From Lytechinus pictus (Eukaryota): a DNA stretch of 64,000 bases. The notes beneath the pieces are model-generated. The model was not told where the DNA came from. It did no database searches and saw nothing but the letters and a program-made list of their open reading frames with translations. The position numbers were made by a program, and so were the translations under genes. This document shows, piece by piece, positions 36,416 through 50,517 of this stretch. The stretch's first letter is position 1; each line of letters starts with the position of its first letter. The DNA lies in contig NC_087245.1 in NCBI RefSeq assembly GCF_037042905.1, positions 8,496,001 through 8,560,000 on the forward strand. Direction: 5' to 3'.

Positions 36416-37986
36416 TTTTGTCTCACCTGCATAGCAGAGTGAGACTGTAGGCGCCGCTTTTCCGACGGCGGCGGCGTCAACACCAAATCTTAACTGAAGG
36501 TTAAAGGACAAGTCCACTCCAGCAAAAAGTTTGTTTGAATAAAAAGAGAAAAATCCAACAAGTATAACACTGAAAATTTCATCAAAATCGGATGTAAAAT
36601 AAGAAAGTTATGATTTTATAAAGTTTCGCTTAATTTCACAAAACAGTTATATGCACATCCTAGTTGGTATGCAAATGAGGGGACTGATGACGTCATCCAC
36701 TCACTATTTCTTTTGTATTTTATTATATGAAATATGAAATATTCTAATTTTCTCCCCATTGTCAAGTGAAACAAGGATTAATTCCTCCCGGAACATGTGG
36801 AATTAGCATTGTTTAGTACTATATGGTTCAGTCAAGTTGGTCCTCATTGTCAAATCTGTGAAAAATGAAATATTGTATAATTCAAACAATAAAAAAAAAA
36901 AAAAAATAGTGAGTGATGGACATCATTGACTGAATGTCACTGAGTTGTGAATATCACTGTTTTGTGATAAATAAGCGAAACTTTAAAATGCCATAACTTT
37001 TTTATTTTACAGCCGATTTTAATAAAATATTCAGCTTTATGCTAGTTTGATTTTTCTCTATTTATTCAAGCAACATTTTTCTGGGGTAGACTTGACCTTT
37101 AAGTTTTTGAAATGACAGCATAACTTAGAAAGTATATGGACCTAGTTCATGAAACTTGATCATAAGGTTAATCAAGTATTACTGAACATCCTGCCTGAGT
37201 TTCAAGTCACATGATCAAGGTCATTTAAGGTCAGTGAACTTTGGCCAAGTTGGGGGTATTTGTTGAATTACCATCATAACTTTGAAATTTTATTGGTCTA
37301 GTACATAAAACTTGGACATAAGAGTAATCAAATATCACTGAACATCCTTTGCGAATTTCAGGTCACATGATCAAGATCAAAGGTCAATGAACTTTGGCCA
37401 TGTTGGGGGTATCTGTTGAATTACCATCATAACTTTGAAAGTCTATGGATCTGATTCATGAAACTTGGACATTAGAGTAATCGAGTATCACTGAACATCC
37501 TGTGCGAGTTTCAGGTCACATGACCAAGGTCGAAGGTCATTTAAGGTCAATGAACTTTGGCCATGTTGGTGGTATTTGTTGAATTACCATCATAACTCTG
37601 TAAGTGTATTGGTCTAGTTCATAAAACTAGGACATGAGAGTAATCAAGTATCACTGAACATCTCATGCGAGTTTCAGGTCACATGACCAAATTCAAAGGT
37701 CATTTAAGGTCATTGAACTTTGGCCATTTTGGAGGTCATTATGAGATTGCTGTCATAACTTTCAAAGTTTATAGATAAAGTGTATAAAATGTTGATATCA
37801 GGGTAATCAAGTATCAATGACAAGTCTTAGGTCAAATGTCATTTATTGTAAATGAACGTAGTATTGTATCATTATATGAATGGTGTTTTTTGTGAATAAT
37901 TATTTCATAGTAGTTTTCAAAGTCAGCACTGCTGCTATATAGAATCACGTGATGCAGGTGAGACTGCCAGAGGCGCTCCACTTGTT
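36416..37986 (+). mobile_element. Helentron-associated (HINE/DINE-1-like) non-autonomous element with internal ~140-bp tandem array
   Basis: T-rich ends, subterminal IRs GTCTCACCTGCAT/ATGCAGGTGAGAC, 5' partial IR GTGAGAC, GGC microsatellite, tandem core repeats. Confidence 0.7.
36505..37098. mobile_element. TTAA-targeting MITE (Kolobok-like) inserted in the HINE-like element
   Basis: TTAA|AGGACAAGTCCACTCCAG...CTGGGGTAGACTTGACCT|TTAA; the sister HINE copy at ~50190 has a single TTAA at this site. Confidence 0.85.
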
Positions 37987-38218
37987 TTTTATGTTATCAT
38001 ACTTCATTCTTAGTATTCATTACATTCCTTTTGGTTTCCTTTAATGATACTCAGTATAATACTGATTTTATATAGTTGCTTTTGAAATTTGCCAAGCTTG
38101 CAAAGTTTACATGTTTAACATTATGCATTGAGAAGATAAGGTTTTGTAAAACGATGACGAATTCATCATCCAAGGTTTTTCAGGGTTTTTTTTTAAAAGA
38201 AAGAACAAATAGTTGTTA

Positions 38219-41192
38219 CATACATGTACATGTACCTGCCAACCTTTGAAGACTAAAAATAATAATCCTTTTTTACTTCTACCCTGTCATAGAATTGTTT
38301 CAAGTTACACTGCTCTCCATACTCTCTGATGTATTTGCGTACTGCTTGGCCAACAAACAACTCTTCATTTCTTTTCTGATTGCTTTCATCTGTGAACTCT
38401 ACTTCATACACTTTTGAATGAGCAATAACTTCTGGTTTCACAAATCGAACAAGCAGTGACTTCATTTGGTTGCACATAACATTATGCATTACATGAATAC
38501 ATGGTTTATCTTTCTGAAGGATCAGGTTACTGTCATCGTACAAAGAAATGGTATTAAAAAAGAGACAATATAGTTTTGTGTTAGGGTCTGTCATCTTCAC
38601 TACACGCTCAGGTTTTGATTCAACTATTGTAACTTTAGCCCCACCTGCAGGTTGACGTGTTGCAGCGGAAGATCGTTTTGAAGCAGATTTTCCAGTCTCT
38701 TTTGCAGCTGATTTTGCAGTTGGTCTTGTGGAAGATGACTTTCTAAAGAACAGGTTTAATGCTGTAGAAAGACCTGAATTATCCTTACTGGTGCTTGTAG
38801 CAGACTTCAATGGTGTAAATTTAGCAGGACCACTCAAAGTACTAATCTTTGTAGCACACTGGTTGCTAGTTGAGCTAGAAGTTCCCTTCATTGTGCTGGT
38901 TCTTGAGAACTGGATGATGTTGATTTATCATGTACATTTGATGTTCCAGACTTGGTGGTGCTTTGGTTGCAAGTTGAACTAGAAGCAACAAGCAGTGTCT
39001 TCTTGGGAATCTTGTAACATGTACTAGATTTTGCAGAACTTGTTCCTTGGAGTGTTGATCTAGTAGGACCATGTGAACTGCCAGGTTTTACAGCAGGGGT
39101 CACCGATGTGCCTTGCTTGGTAGAGGTAGCCAAACTTGGCGATGATCATACCGACTTGGGTTTTTGTTTCTTTCTTTCTTGTTCCCCTTCTTGTGTGACT
39201 CTCTGTCGTTTTGTCCCACTTGTCTTTTCTCTCTCTCCTTCAAAGAAAGGGATAATCGCATCCCACTGCTCCAGGAGTCTAATGATGCACTGTCCGAGTG
39301 AAAGCCAACGTGTGGACACATGCTTGATGATCTTGTGCTGGGGAAGATTTTTCTTGTCTTGGACGGATTTGAATTCTTGCTTCCTCTTGCTGCTCTTTTC
39401 CAGATGATAATAAATATCGATGAGCAAGTCCTCTACTCTACACAGGTACCCGTTTTGCTGCTTTCTCAGCCGCAAGATGCATCAAATGACAAGGGCAGCC
39501 TACAAGAATGCAAATAGAAAACAAATGAGAATATATTTAAATATTTTCAAATTGGAAAAGAAATATCAAAACTCTGTCCATCACTTAGGCCTTTTTATAT
39601 TATACCAGATCTGCACTGTAGCTGCAAGATATTCAACCAACCATTCCAATAATAAGACAAGCGGAGACTACTATATTTTGACTGCATATTCAAAATTATA
39701 ACAAAGACTATTTGTTTTATTTCTTGTCTTCATTTCATTTTGTATTTATCTTATATTTTATTGGTTGGAAACAGGTTTTCCTCTGGAATGCCCTGAAACT
39801 AAGCTGTGGAAATGAACACCACACACACAAATATGTTTAATGATCAGCACAAGCATTTCTTTCATTTATATCTCGTTTATGTTTTTTTGTATGTTCAGTT
39901 TTGCTCTTAATAACATTAAAGATCTAGACCTACACTACTTTATTTAGTATGGTATTCACAAAGACTCACCAGAAATGTACATAGATGGAGCACGCTTGAG
40001 TAGAAACGCCGCTACACCTTTGAACTTGCCCAACATCACCGACGCATTGTCCGCGGAGAAGGATACCAGATTTTCAAACGGAATTTCCAGTTCCTGTAGT
40101 TCTGCCTCCAAAAGCTTGAATATGTTCTCCCCTGTAGATGGCTTATTACACTCCTTCAACGAGAGAAGAACTGACAAGGTACGACCCTCATCCGGGTCAA
40201 AATACCGCACACATATTGGGTACAACTTGACATCATCATAGTCCGTAGACCCATCCGTTGCCAAACTGAATGGCGATACCTTGATGACATCGACAATTTT
40301 TTTCCTGGAATCTTTACCAAGGGTATTGGTGATGCAGCCTGTCTTTGTGCGCCCACATCCATACTTTTTTGCGATGGCCGAATCGGGAAACATTTTCCGA
40401 AACAGTTTATTACAGTGGTCAGCAACACTGAGTGGCCAACTATGTTCAACAATGAATTCGGTCATCAAAACCTCTGCATTAATTACACTCGTGTCCGAAT
40501 CTACCGTGAAGTAACTGTTTAATGATCTACCACTGGTTGCCTCACTAGTGGCTTGATGCTTTTTTGTCTTGATATGTTTCTCGATGTCATGGAGTCCACC
40601 GTGACTGATGCAGAAATCGCTGGAACAGCATTTGCAAAATGCATAGTGAACTCCCAGTTTGGAGCTTGTCAATACAGGAAACCTCTCGGAGTATTCAGCC
40701 CGATATTTCGGGGTAGATTTCTTGGTAGATTTGCTCATTTTGCCATTTCAGGTGTACTGGTAGCAATCAAAATCATGGGCAAATCAAGGAAATCATTGCT
40801 GCTCCACTGCAAAATATATGTGCTGAACTGAACGCATACAGCAATCACTCGCACGTTTTCACATAACAGTCCCATATGTAGTAATCCACATAGTTTGTAC
40901 GGTAAATTTGCACGCGAAACACACATCGCAAGTATTGCGTCGCATGTAGTCACGTCTACCCACACGTACACACGAACATACGCACGCAATCCCCCCGCTC
41001 GTATTACACTCGCTACAAAACGTTGGAATTACGATTCGGCTGCGTTGTTAGACTTGAAGTCCAGTCGTTGTAGACATTTTATTTTTAATAAAATATCAGA
41101 AAATCTTAATTTTGTGACATAAAATCGTAAGGCGTAATTTAAAACAAAAAAACATAATAATTACGCCGAAATCGTAGGAGTTGGCAGGTATG
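38219..41192 (-). mobile_element. hAT-superfamily transposon with a decayed transposase gene
   Basis: TIR CATACCTGCCAAC at the right end (reverse complement, 41180-41192); the left copy is interrupted by two CATGTA insertions; no clear TSD. Confidence 0.75.
38253..40738 (-). pseudogene. hAT/ZNF862-like transposase pseudogene (exon ~39970-40738, exon from 39499 with frameshifts)
   Basis: N-terminal CxxC...H...H zinc finger, LATDGSTD, SADNASVMLG, spliced GCPCH (CxxH), TRWLS; frameshifts near 39445 and 39150; no C-terminal dimerisation domain seen. Confidence 0.82.
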
Positions 41193-44024
41193 TTGGTAAT
41201 AAGGTTGCCTTACAGAAGTTTTGACAAACTATAAGATACAGTGGAAACTTGTGTTTAATTTCTAATTATGTAAGAACACTCATATTTTTTAATAGTATTG
41301 TGTATGGTCAGACTCGGTTATTCTATCTCATGCAAATCCAAATCAATTTGGACTTGATAAATTACAAACAAAGTTTATCTCTTCATGTGTCAAATCAACA
41401 AGAAAACAATCTAGTGATTTTCCGCACTCCAACCGACTGAGCTGCACCTCATTCTTTGAAATCATGATATTGTTGGTGTCTTGCAAATGCAGTTTTAGTT
41501 TCTTGATATTATCGTTTGTACTTTCCCATTTTTTTTTCTAAATAGTCTAACACTTTTGTCTCTTATTGCATTGAACAATGTTATTATTTACCTGGTTGGT
41601 ACAAGTAGGTAAACTGTCAATCTCAACAAATTCAGAGACTGGAACAGTTTAGAAGCTGATCTACATGACATTTTCAAATGTGCCAATTTACAGTATTTCA
41701 ATTTCTATTCTTGATTTAAAAAAATTGAGTGCCAAATTGAGTTAATTACTGTAAATTATGTTTTAATAGATTAGTCTTGTCTTTTTTATGAGTTTTTTTA
41801 TTTCTATATTCTGTTTGCTTTTGTTTAAATTGGACATCATTTAATTAATACTTGATGACACCTGTGAGAAAGCAGAATTAATTAAGTAAAATGTGAGTGC
41901 CAATCATGTATAACTGAAATTGATTGAAATGTCGATAACATATGTGATCACGAAGTATATCTAATTTTGTACATTCTGTTAGGAAGTATTGATTTCTTTT
42001 TAATCATGTATGTACTCAGAGCTGCCAATTGTTAAGAATAAGTTAGAATTAATATGATTTTCATGTCAAATTATGCCATTATGCTTTTGACCCTAATTAT
42101 TACTCTTTTGAGGGTAAATGATAGGTTAACATTTAATACTATATAGTAATACATTTGGCAGTGGTGAAGTCATCTGAAGGTGGCCAATGATGCTCATTAT
42201 TCTCAGATTGTGTATCTTTGTTTACATCACTCTGAATACTGACTTGATCTTGTGGTTTGTTTTCCTCTTGGATTTATCATGGATCTACGCAAAAGAGAGA
42301 GTACCAGAGATGATTCTGAATCTGAGCCTTCAACGAAAGAGTATTAATTTCTTTGTTCTTTGCATGACCTCTTCAAAGAAATTATTAGTATTGCATGGCA
42401 CATATGAACTTATGACTTTTAAGCTTCTGGATTACTACTTTTTACTTTTAAATGTTGGCAGCTCTGTACAGTAGACCTACAGCATTGATGTATTGTATTG
42501 AATTCTGCAAGTTATCAGGTAACTACAAAGGAAACAAAGGGGATGTTATCTACCTTTGGAATTAATTTCATTATTCATCTTGGGTAAAATTTACAATCCA
42601 AGTGTCTAGATTAAAAAGGTCTGGTCTATGAAATAATTTGAAAATATTTAGTATTTAAAATGAAAAAAAAAGTGTGAATTCATTTCCCACAAATGGAATG
42701 TGGCAATAAATTCAGGAAGGAGTATTTCTAATTACCTCTTTGGCAGGCAATCACCAAATTTGTTAGAGAATCATTCACAGGTTTCTTGATAATCAATGTT
42801 ACGTAGAGAGGGGCCAAAAGTACTTATCTGTAAAATTCAAATTTTTTATGTAGACTCAGTAATTGAAAAGTGATAAGTTGTTATACTTTGTATTTGAGAC
42901 TGGACTTTTAATTTTTCAATGTAATGTAATTTTTCAATACATGTACTATCAAAAATGCTCTATTACAAGGCTTTACAGGATCATAATTAGTTAGGCATGT
43001 TGCTCAGGGATCTTGCTTTTCTGCTTGCAATAATTCTTCCTCTCAATAATTCTTTCCTCATTCTCTTGTATTACAGCAGGATCAATTTTTCTCTACAGTA
43101 TGTATTCTCTTTTTTGCTAACATCTGAAACATTGTACAACATAAATAGTGAATATTTCAATTCATGCAATGATACCGAAATCAGATTCTGTGAAAGAGAC
43201 TCTCTATTTACACCTCGTTGTACCATCATCATGCCTTTCGGCTATTTCCTTATGAACCTTTATCAAGATTTAAACCAGGCCATGAGACAATACAAATCAT
43301 TATTTACCACATGGTATTACCTACATGGTCTATTCCCATTTCACTTGTAATTAGTAAACTCTTTGATTCAATTATTTCTCACCTTATTTACCATGTAATT
43401 GATTTACTTTCAGGCTAAAGCCCATTTTGTTGAATGAGCTAATAGACCAAATTATCATGAGCCGAAGTCGTACATGTAGTCAAAACATTAGCTCATTTCA
43501 TGTTAATAAAGTTTTCCCCAATTCATACTTAAGTATCCATGTAATGCTTGGACTTAAGTGCAACTAGACAAAATTAGAAGTAGAAAATGGATCTTGTCAA
43601 ATTAATGTTAAAGATCTTGGAAGAGGCAATTGGATTAGATTTAAATTTGTAGTAATCTATACCAATGGAAATATTCACTTTGCGCTTCTTGGGTACGCTA
43701 CATGGTCACATGTTCTTTAAAACATAATGGCCATTTGACTGTTGGCCAGCCTAGACGACTACAGTATTATTTGCCATTGTAACCCGTCCTATTGTTCATG
43801 GTGGAGTATGCTATTGAATCATGTATATTCATGTTTCATTGCTGTTATGAAGTGACATAGGTATATTGATAGTATGTAAATTGTTTGTGGTGCATTTTAG
43901 TTTTCCTTGTTTGATTAGACAGTTTTGTTTTCTTTTTAATTCTTAAAATGTTTCTTTCTTGTTTCTCTTTGCTTTTTCCCCTTTTATTTTTAAAGGGAAA
44001 GGTAAACATTTAAGTCTTCCTTGT

Positions 44025-44774
44025 GGCTTTTCGATGATGGCGGCGGCGGCGTTGTCAACATCAAACCTTAACCAAAGGTTAAGTATTTGAAATGTCAACT
44101 TAGAAATTATATGGGCCAAGTTCATGAAACCTGGGCATAAGTAGTATTAAATATCCTGCCAGAGTTTGAGGTCATATGACTAAGGTCAAAGGTCATTCAG
44201 GGTCAATGAACTTAGACAATGTTGGGGGAATCAACATCAAAATCTTAACCAAAGGTTAAGTTTTTGAAACGTCATCATACACTAACTTTGAAAATATATA
44301 GTTCATATAACTTGGACATAAGGGTAATCAAGTATTACTAAACATCCTGCCTGAGTTTCAGGTCACATGACCAAGGTCCAAGATCATTTAGGGTCCATGA
44401 ACTTTAGCCATGTTGGGGGTATTGTTGATTTCCATCACAACTTCAAAAGTTTATGGATCAGGTTCATGAAAGTTGGACATAAGAGTAGTCAAGCATCAGT
44501 GAACATCCTGTATGAGTTTCAGGTTTTAAGTTTATGGATCTAGTTAATGAAATGTGGACATAAGGGTAATCAAGTATCACAGATCGTCATGCACAAATCT
44601 TCGGTCACACGATCAAGGTAAAATGTCATTTAGGGTCAGTGAACATAGTATTTTATCTTCATATGAATGGTGTTTTTTTGTGAATGATCATTCTATAGTC
44701 ATTTTCAAAGTCAGCACTGCTGAAATATTGAATCACGTTATGCAGAAGAGACTGCCGGAGGCGCTCCACTTGTT
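44025..44774 (+). mobile_element. HINE-like element, degenerate copy
   Basis: GGCGGCGGCG head, AGGTCAAAGGTCA core units, end ...GAGGCGCTCCACTTGTT. Confidence 0.7.
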
Positions 44775-46024
44775 CCATTTGTTTGGTTATGAACAGTTAA
44801 TATTTTTATGTTTATTTGAAGTGAAATTATTGTACTGAATTTCACTTGGTGTGTTTCAATTTTATTTCATCCAAATGCAGTTTTCATCATAATTTGATAA
44901 CTTCTAGTAGATGATTTAAAAGTCTAGCATCACTGAGCTATCTATAAACCCGGAGTAATTGACACCCTTCATTCTCTTAATTTAACCCTAAATAGACTGG
45001 GCTATTTCGATGCCAAAAAAGACAGGAGGGGGGGGGGGTGTTTCAACCCCCCTTATGATTTCAGCTGTCGCTTGTGTGATTGCAATTGAAAATAATGATA
45101 CATTTATGAATTTTGGCTAAGAACACTATGTACATTGGATTCGTACACGAATTAACGTTTTTGAGCAATTTTGGGTCTGCATGCACTTACAAATGTTGTG
45201 TAACTTCGGAACTGCGTACCCAGGGGTCGCAATTTTGACTTGAATTAAAAAGTCAGCAAACGACAAGGTCAAAAGAATATGTGAATTTATCGCGAAATAT
45301 GTTTAGGGGGCTGGATCAGCCCCCCCCCCCATCTTCTTAGGGTTGTAGGCCTTTATGTTTTATCAGATTCTATTCAATTTGTTATGAAATTGAAATTATG
45401 CTTGCCTTTTTTTCTGCACTATGTAATAATTAATTGTGCCTTGTATTATAGGTGTACATTGTAGTAAAGATTTTAATTTTAAATGTAGATATGAATGTAA
45501 TTGATACTGAAATAACATGATGGTTATATGAAAGAGACAGCATTTCAAGCGAAGTATTAAAGGTCAATTGAAATTATCTCTAAATGAATATTCCTGTCTT
45601 ATGTTGTTCTCACCCTTGGCTGGTCAATGGATAGCTAATTGTGCATTTGAAGTAAATAGACCTTGCAGAAAAGGTAAAAGCAATGTTCCAGTAGATAACT
45701 TGCGACCATTGACCTTTAACCTGCACTCTAAATCAAAACCCAGCCTGTATTTTAATGTGATGTTCATACACTCCAAATAAGGTGAAAACATGTTGAATAT
45801 TCATGTTATCCCCCCCGAGTCAATAAATTTATGAGCTGTGAACTTTGACTATTGACCAGCTTAATCAGAAAAGAATGATAGACCCCCTATCTCTCTGTGT
45901 TTTAATAGGGAATCCAAATTCAAGCTCATTGGCCCGAAGTTCACAAAGGTGGTTTTGAAAAAACCCACGGTTGAATCCATGGTTTATGCAGATTTCCTAT
46001 ATAAATTACAGTTAATTTAGTGCG

Positions 46025-46250
46025 TATCGGGCGCTTGTATAATATATGTCCAATGCTAATGAGCGCTTTTGTCAGTGCGCCAAATTGACGCCTGTTACCA
46101 TGGTTAGATACGCTATTTTATTCATGAGTCCACTGTTTGAAGAGTGGACTCATGAATAAAATAGCTTAGATAACCACGGCAACAGGCGTCAATTTGGCAC
46201 ACTGACAAAAGCGCGCGTCAGCATTGGAATTTTTATACACGTGCCCGATA
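46025..46250. repeat. ~225-bp imperfect palindrome within a MITE remnant
   Basis: Arms centred on GAGTCCACT-GTTTGAAG-AGTGGACTC (~46137). Confidence 0.85.
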
Positions 46251-48819
46251 TGTTGATATAATTTCATACAGTAGGGTGTTCATTAAAAACATGCTCTAGC
46301 TACATACTTATGAAATTAATATCACATTGTGCGTGATAAATCTTATTATATATTTGGTTGTTTGTGCATGCACAAACCATTAGAGACATGGAAATTCATG
46401 ACTGCAAATATGGTGATGGTGATGGTGTTTTAGTGATCAAGGCCCCGTAACACAGAACTTATTGATTGATCATATGACTGACTTTTATGATTGATTAACT
46501 GAGTGTTACCAGGCATTTCTAATCTCACCACGGATGATAGTTCATCAGCCTGTTTTGTGGTGTCAACACCATCACCACCACTCACTGTACTAGACAAAAT
46601 CAAATGTCAACTTAAAGTAATACACAAGTATTTTCTCGTCACTTTCACCTTCACTATTTTTTATTCTCTGCATACTTTATTTAATCAATATTTCATAAAC
46701 ATTAATAACCACACGCTAGTGCACATCTAATAAGAAATACCATCTACAGTTATTGGTGAAAATACATGTACAATAGAAAATTTCAATATAATAATCTTTA
46801 AATTTGAATATAAATGTACAGTACAATATAAACAATACTCAAAACCATTCAAAGAAAAGGGACGAGTTAGTACATGATTCAGTGGCATATAGGATTGGTC
46901 ACTTTGACAGACACAAAACGGTCCTGTTGGAGAAAGAATTGCATTTAATTGGGACTTTAAAATTATGCGCAAGTCCTAAATATCTGATTGGCTAAAAATC
47001 AAGTTGCATTTGATTTATGGAGCTGCGTTCAATTGCAACTCTTTTGTAACAGGCTCAAGAAAACTAATAAAATAATCTGTTAAAAAAGAATCATCTAAAT
47101 GTACACATTCTTTGATCTCCATACAAATACTTTTCAAAAATGTGGTTTTTAACAACAAATGCCCAAAAATTTAAATGCCTTGTTTTCTATGTTTTAAAAG
47201 TGACCACAAAAAGTAATCATACATCATATCAAGACACTATAAAATCGTAAGAAAAATGCATTTTTAAAGGATGTGTAATGATGATTGTACTTCACATTTT
47301 TGTCTAAACTTTAATATGAAAAGCTGAAATGCATTACTTTTTACTTACAATACATACATATTCCTATATTCCACATCCAAGACCAAAGTTGAGGCATATA
47401 TTCTACAGGAAACTAACAAACTCTCTATTTTAAACCACACATTAAACCACTTAAAGAAAAATACCTGACCTATAACTATATTAAAGGGGAATTTTACACT
47501 GACAATTAGTGCTGATCACAAACTGATCACAAAATATACACTAATGTTATTTCAGTTTAATTCAGAGAAATGGGAATATTCTGAATAAATCATTCAAATG
47601 AATTTTAAATTCATGGAAATTTTGACATATTCTTAAACCACACTAAGTCAGACAAGGCTCAGTTCTTTATCAATAATATTCTTTGATTACATCATCACCA
47701 AATGCCATCAGAGCACTGATTTATGAAGCCTGTGAGTACAGACAAGTTTTCATGCACTGACAGTACTTGGGGTAACTGGAGCAGACCAATGCTACTCAGC
47801 TAATCAAAATCCAAAGATACCACTTATATTGTCAGAGCTGAAAACTCAGTCAGTGCTGAGAAGTTTGATGAATCGATTCCCTGATCTCGATAAATTTATC
47901 CAATACGACATGGCCAAAATCTTGGTCCAATCAGACATGAGCATCAAATACAACCAACAAAGAAGAGATTCTGCCAAAATATTAGGCATAATTAATTCTC
48001 ATGTAAATATCCTTATTTTGATGAGAAGTTTGACAACTTTCTAAAACCAGGCATACATGTATAATTTCCATCTTTGTATTAATAAAAAATACAGATCTAA
48101 CAGTATTTCAATTACTGATGGGGCTACCCTTTTAAATAATGACAAATTAAATAACATGAATAACAAATAAATCATGGCAAATTAAATTGGAACAGTAGAG
48201 TAGGCAGTGAATGTTAGTACACATGATATAGGAGCAAGTAAAACTGAAAATCATCACTGATTGTCACAATAACCATTCATGTCCCCCCCCCCTCAATTAA
48301 AATCAAAAATTCATGATCAAGAAAGCTCTAATGATTATAGGCATCTGCAAATGTAGAGGGAATAAATTTGACCATGTATTCAATTGAACATATTTCAAAT
48401 CACGCTGCACAGAATCGATATGACAGAAAAATGAACTCCTGAGCTAAGCTTTATAAAAGCGATATATTCAATGCGGCTTTATTTTAAATCACTCACAATG
48501 CGGCTTTATTTTAAATCACTCACAAGAATAAACATACATGTATATTGAACAATTAAGCTATATTAAATATTACATCTACCATGACTACAACAAGTGGACC
48601 AAAAACTAAAAAAATACCCCCACAAATTAACTAGAAAAATATAAATGGTCTTGAAACATTTCGTTACAGAAAAATACTCTTAGTTCACAATCGTATTGCT
48701 GATGCTTGAAAGAGAGTTGCTGGTCTAATAAATTTTACCCTACATGCATTTTTGCAGAACTATGCAATATTTGGTCATACATGAAAAAAATTAAGACCTT
48801 TGACCTTGCAAAGGATTTC

Positions 48820-48897
48820 CTAGTACAGTTCACCAATTGGAGCATTAGCTAGCCATAGGTCATGTAAGAAGTGATACAACCGGTCACTCACTGATAC
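48820..48897 (-). CDS. NAPRT: Nicotinate phosphoribosyltransferase, last exon
   Basis: [25 protein letters not shown]; typical NAPRT C-terminus. Confidence 0.9.
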   Translation of the reverse strand, partial: VSVSDRLYHFLHDLWLANAPIGELY

Positions 48898-49491
48898 CTG
48901 TGGAAATTTAATATTAAACAAGAGAGAGAGAGTCAATTTTAAAGGAGTTAATGAGAGATAAAGAGGATACTTGTATCTGGAGAAGGGATGTCAGAGGATT
49001 GACATTTTATTACTTACTTTGAATTTACATCAAACTTTGGTAACAGAAAAAAAAATGTGAAGTATATTGGACTATCATTCAAAGATCCCATCTTACAAAA
49101 GTGAAACGACCATAAATACATTTGATTCTTAAAGAAAACTTTATTTGGCCTGATAATGAAATTGAGCACCCTGTCTGAAATGTTTTTGTTTTGCTTAATA
49201 CAGGCTCTTCTTATATATCAGAAACTTACTTGTGAAGATTCTATCCTATTCCACAATTCAAAAGGGGTTCCACACTAAAAAGAAACATCATGTACTTGTA
49301 TTTTCTTTTTCAACAAGACAGTTTGGATATAAATGTTAACAGATAAATATTTTTTCCATTGAAAACATATATTTTTATGAATACCCGGTATACATTTTCA
49401 TTTTATTTGTCAATAAATTCAAACTTAATTAAACATAAGATCTAACAAAATGAGTCGTTACAAGAATTGTCAAAACAAGTCCTAAACTAGC

Positions 49492-50276
49492 AACAAGTGG
49501 AATGCCTCTGGCCGTCTCACCTGCATCACGCGATTCAATATAGCAGCAGTGCTGATTTTGAAAACTACTATAACTCGCACAAGATGTTCAGTGATACTTG
49601 GTTACTATTATGTCCAAGTTTTATGAACTAGACCAACACACTTTCAAATTTATGGCTGTAATTCAACAAATACCCCAATTTGGCCAAAGTTCATTGACCC
49701 TAAATGACCTTTGACCTTGATCATGTGACCTGAAACTTGCACAGGATGCTCAGTAATACTTCATTACTATTATGTCCAAGTTTCATGAATCAGATCCATA
49801 AACTTTCAAAGTTATGATGGTAATTCAACAGATACCCCCAATTCGGCCAAAGTTCATTGACCCTAAATGACCTTTGACCTTGGTCATGTGACGTGAAACT
49901 CATGCAGGATGTTCAGTGATACTTGATTAACCTTATGTATAAGTTTCATGAACTAGGTCCATATATTTTCTAAGTTATGATGACATTTCAAAAACTTAAC
50001 CTTAGGTTAAGATTTTGATGTTGATTCCCCCAACATGGTCTAAGTTCATTGACCCTAAATGACCTTTGACCTTGGTCATGTGACATGAAACTCAGGCAGG
50101 ATGTTCAGTAATACTTGATTAACCTTATGGCCAAGTTTCATGAACTAGGTCCATATACTTTCTAAGTTATGCTGTCATTTCAAAAACTTAACCTAAGGTT
50201 AAGATTTGGTGTTGACGCCGCCGCCGTCGGAAAAGCGGCGCCTATAGTCTCACTCTGCTATGCAGGTGAGACAAAA
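49492..50276 (-). mobile_element. HINE-like element, complete copy in a NAPRT intron
   Basis: Reverse complement of the 36416-37986 family with both ends present. Confidence 0.75.
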
Positions 50277-50409
50277 AGGGAATAAATTACTTTTTACCAA
50301 TAACTTACATGCATTTTCAGATTATAAATATGCACCAGTCCCCCCCCCAAAAAAAAAAAATGAAATTCACCTCATATGGACATATATCAAGTTTGCATGC
50401 TTTACTTAC

Positions 50410-50517
50410 CTTGTATGGTGTTGGGTTGAGGGCTCTCTTATGGTCATGCCGTAGAGAATCAAGAGAATCCTGAACCAGTTTCTTTTTCTCTTCAAGAGAG
50501 GGCAGTGTTTGGCATAG
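50410..50517 (-). CDS. NAPRT: NAPRT exon
   Basis: LCQTLPSLEEKKKLVQDSLDSLRHDHKRALNPTPYK; ag/gt, phase 0. Confidence 0.92.
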
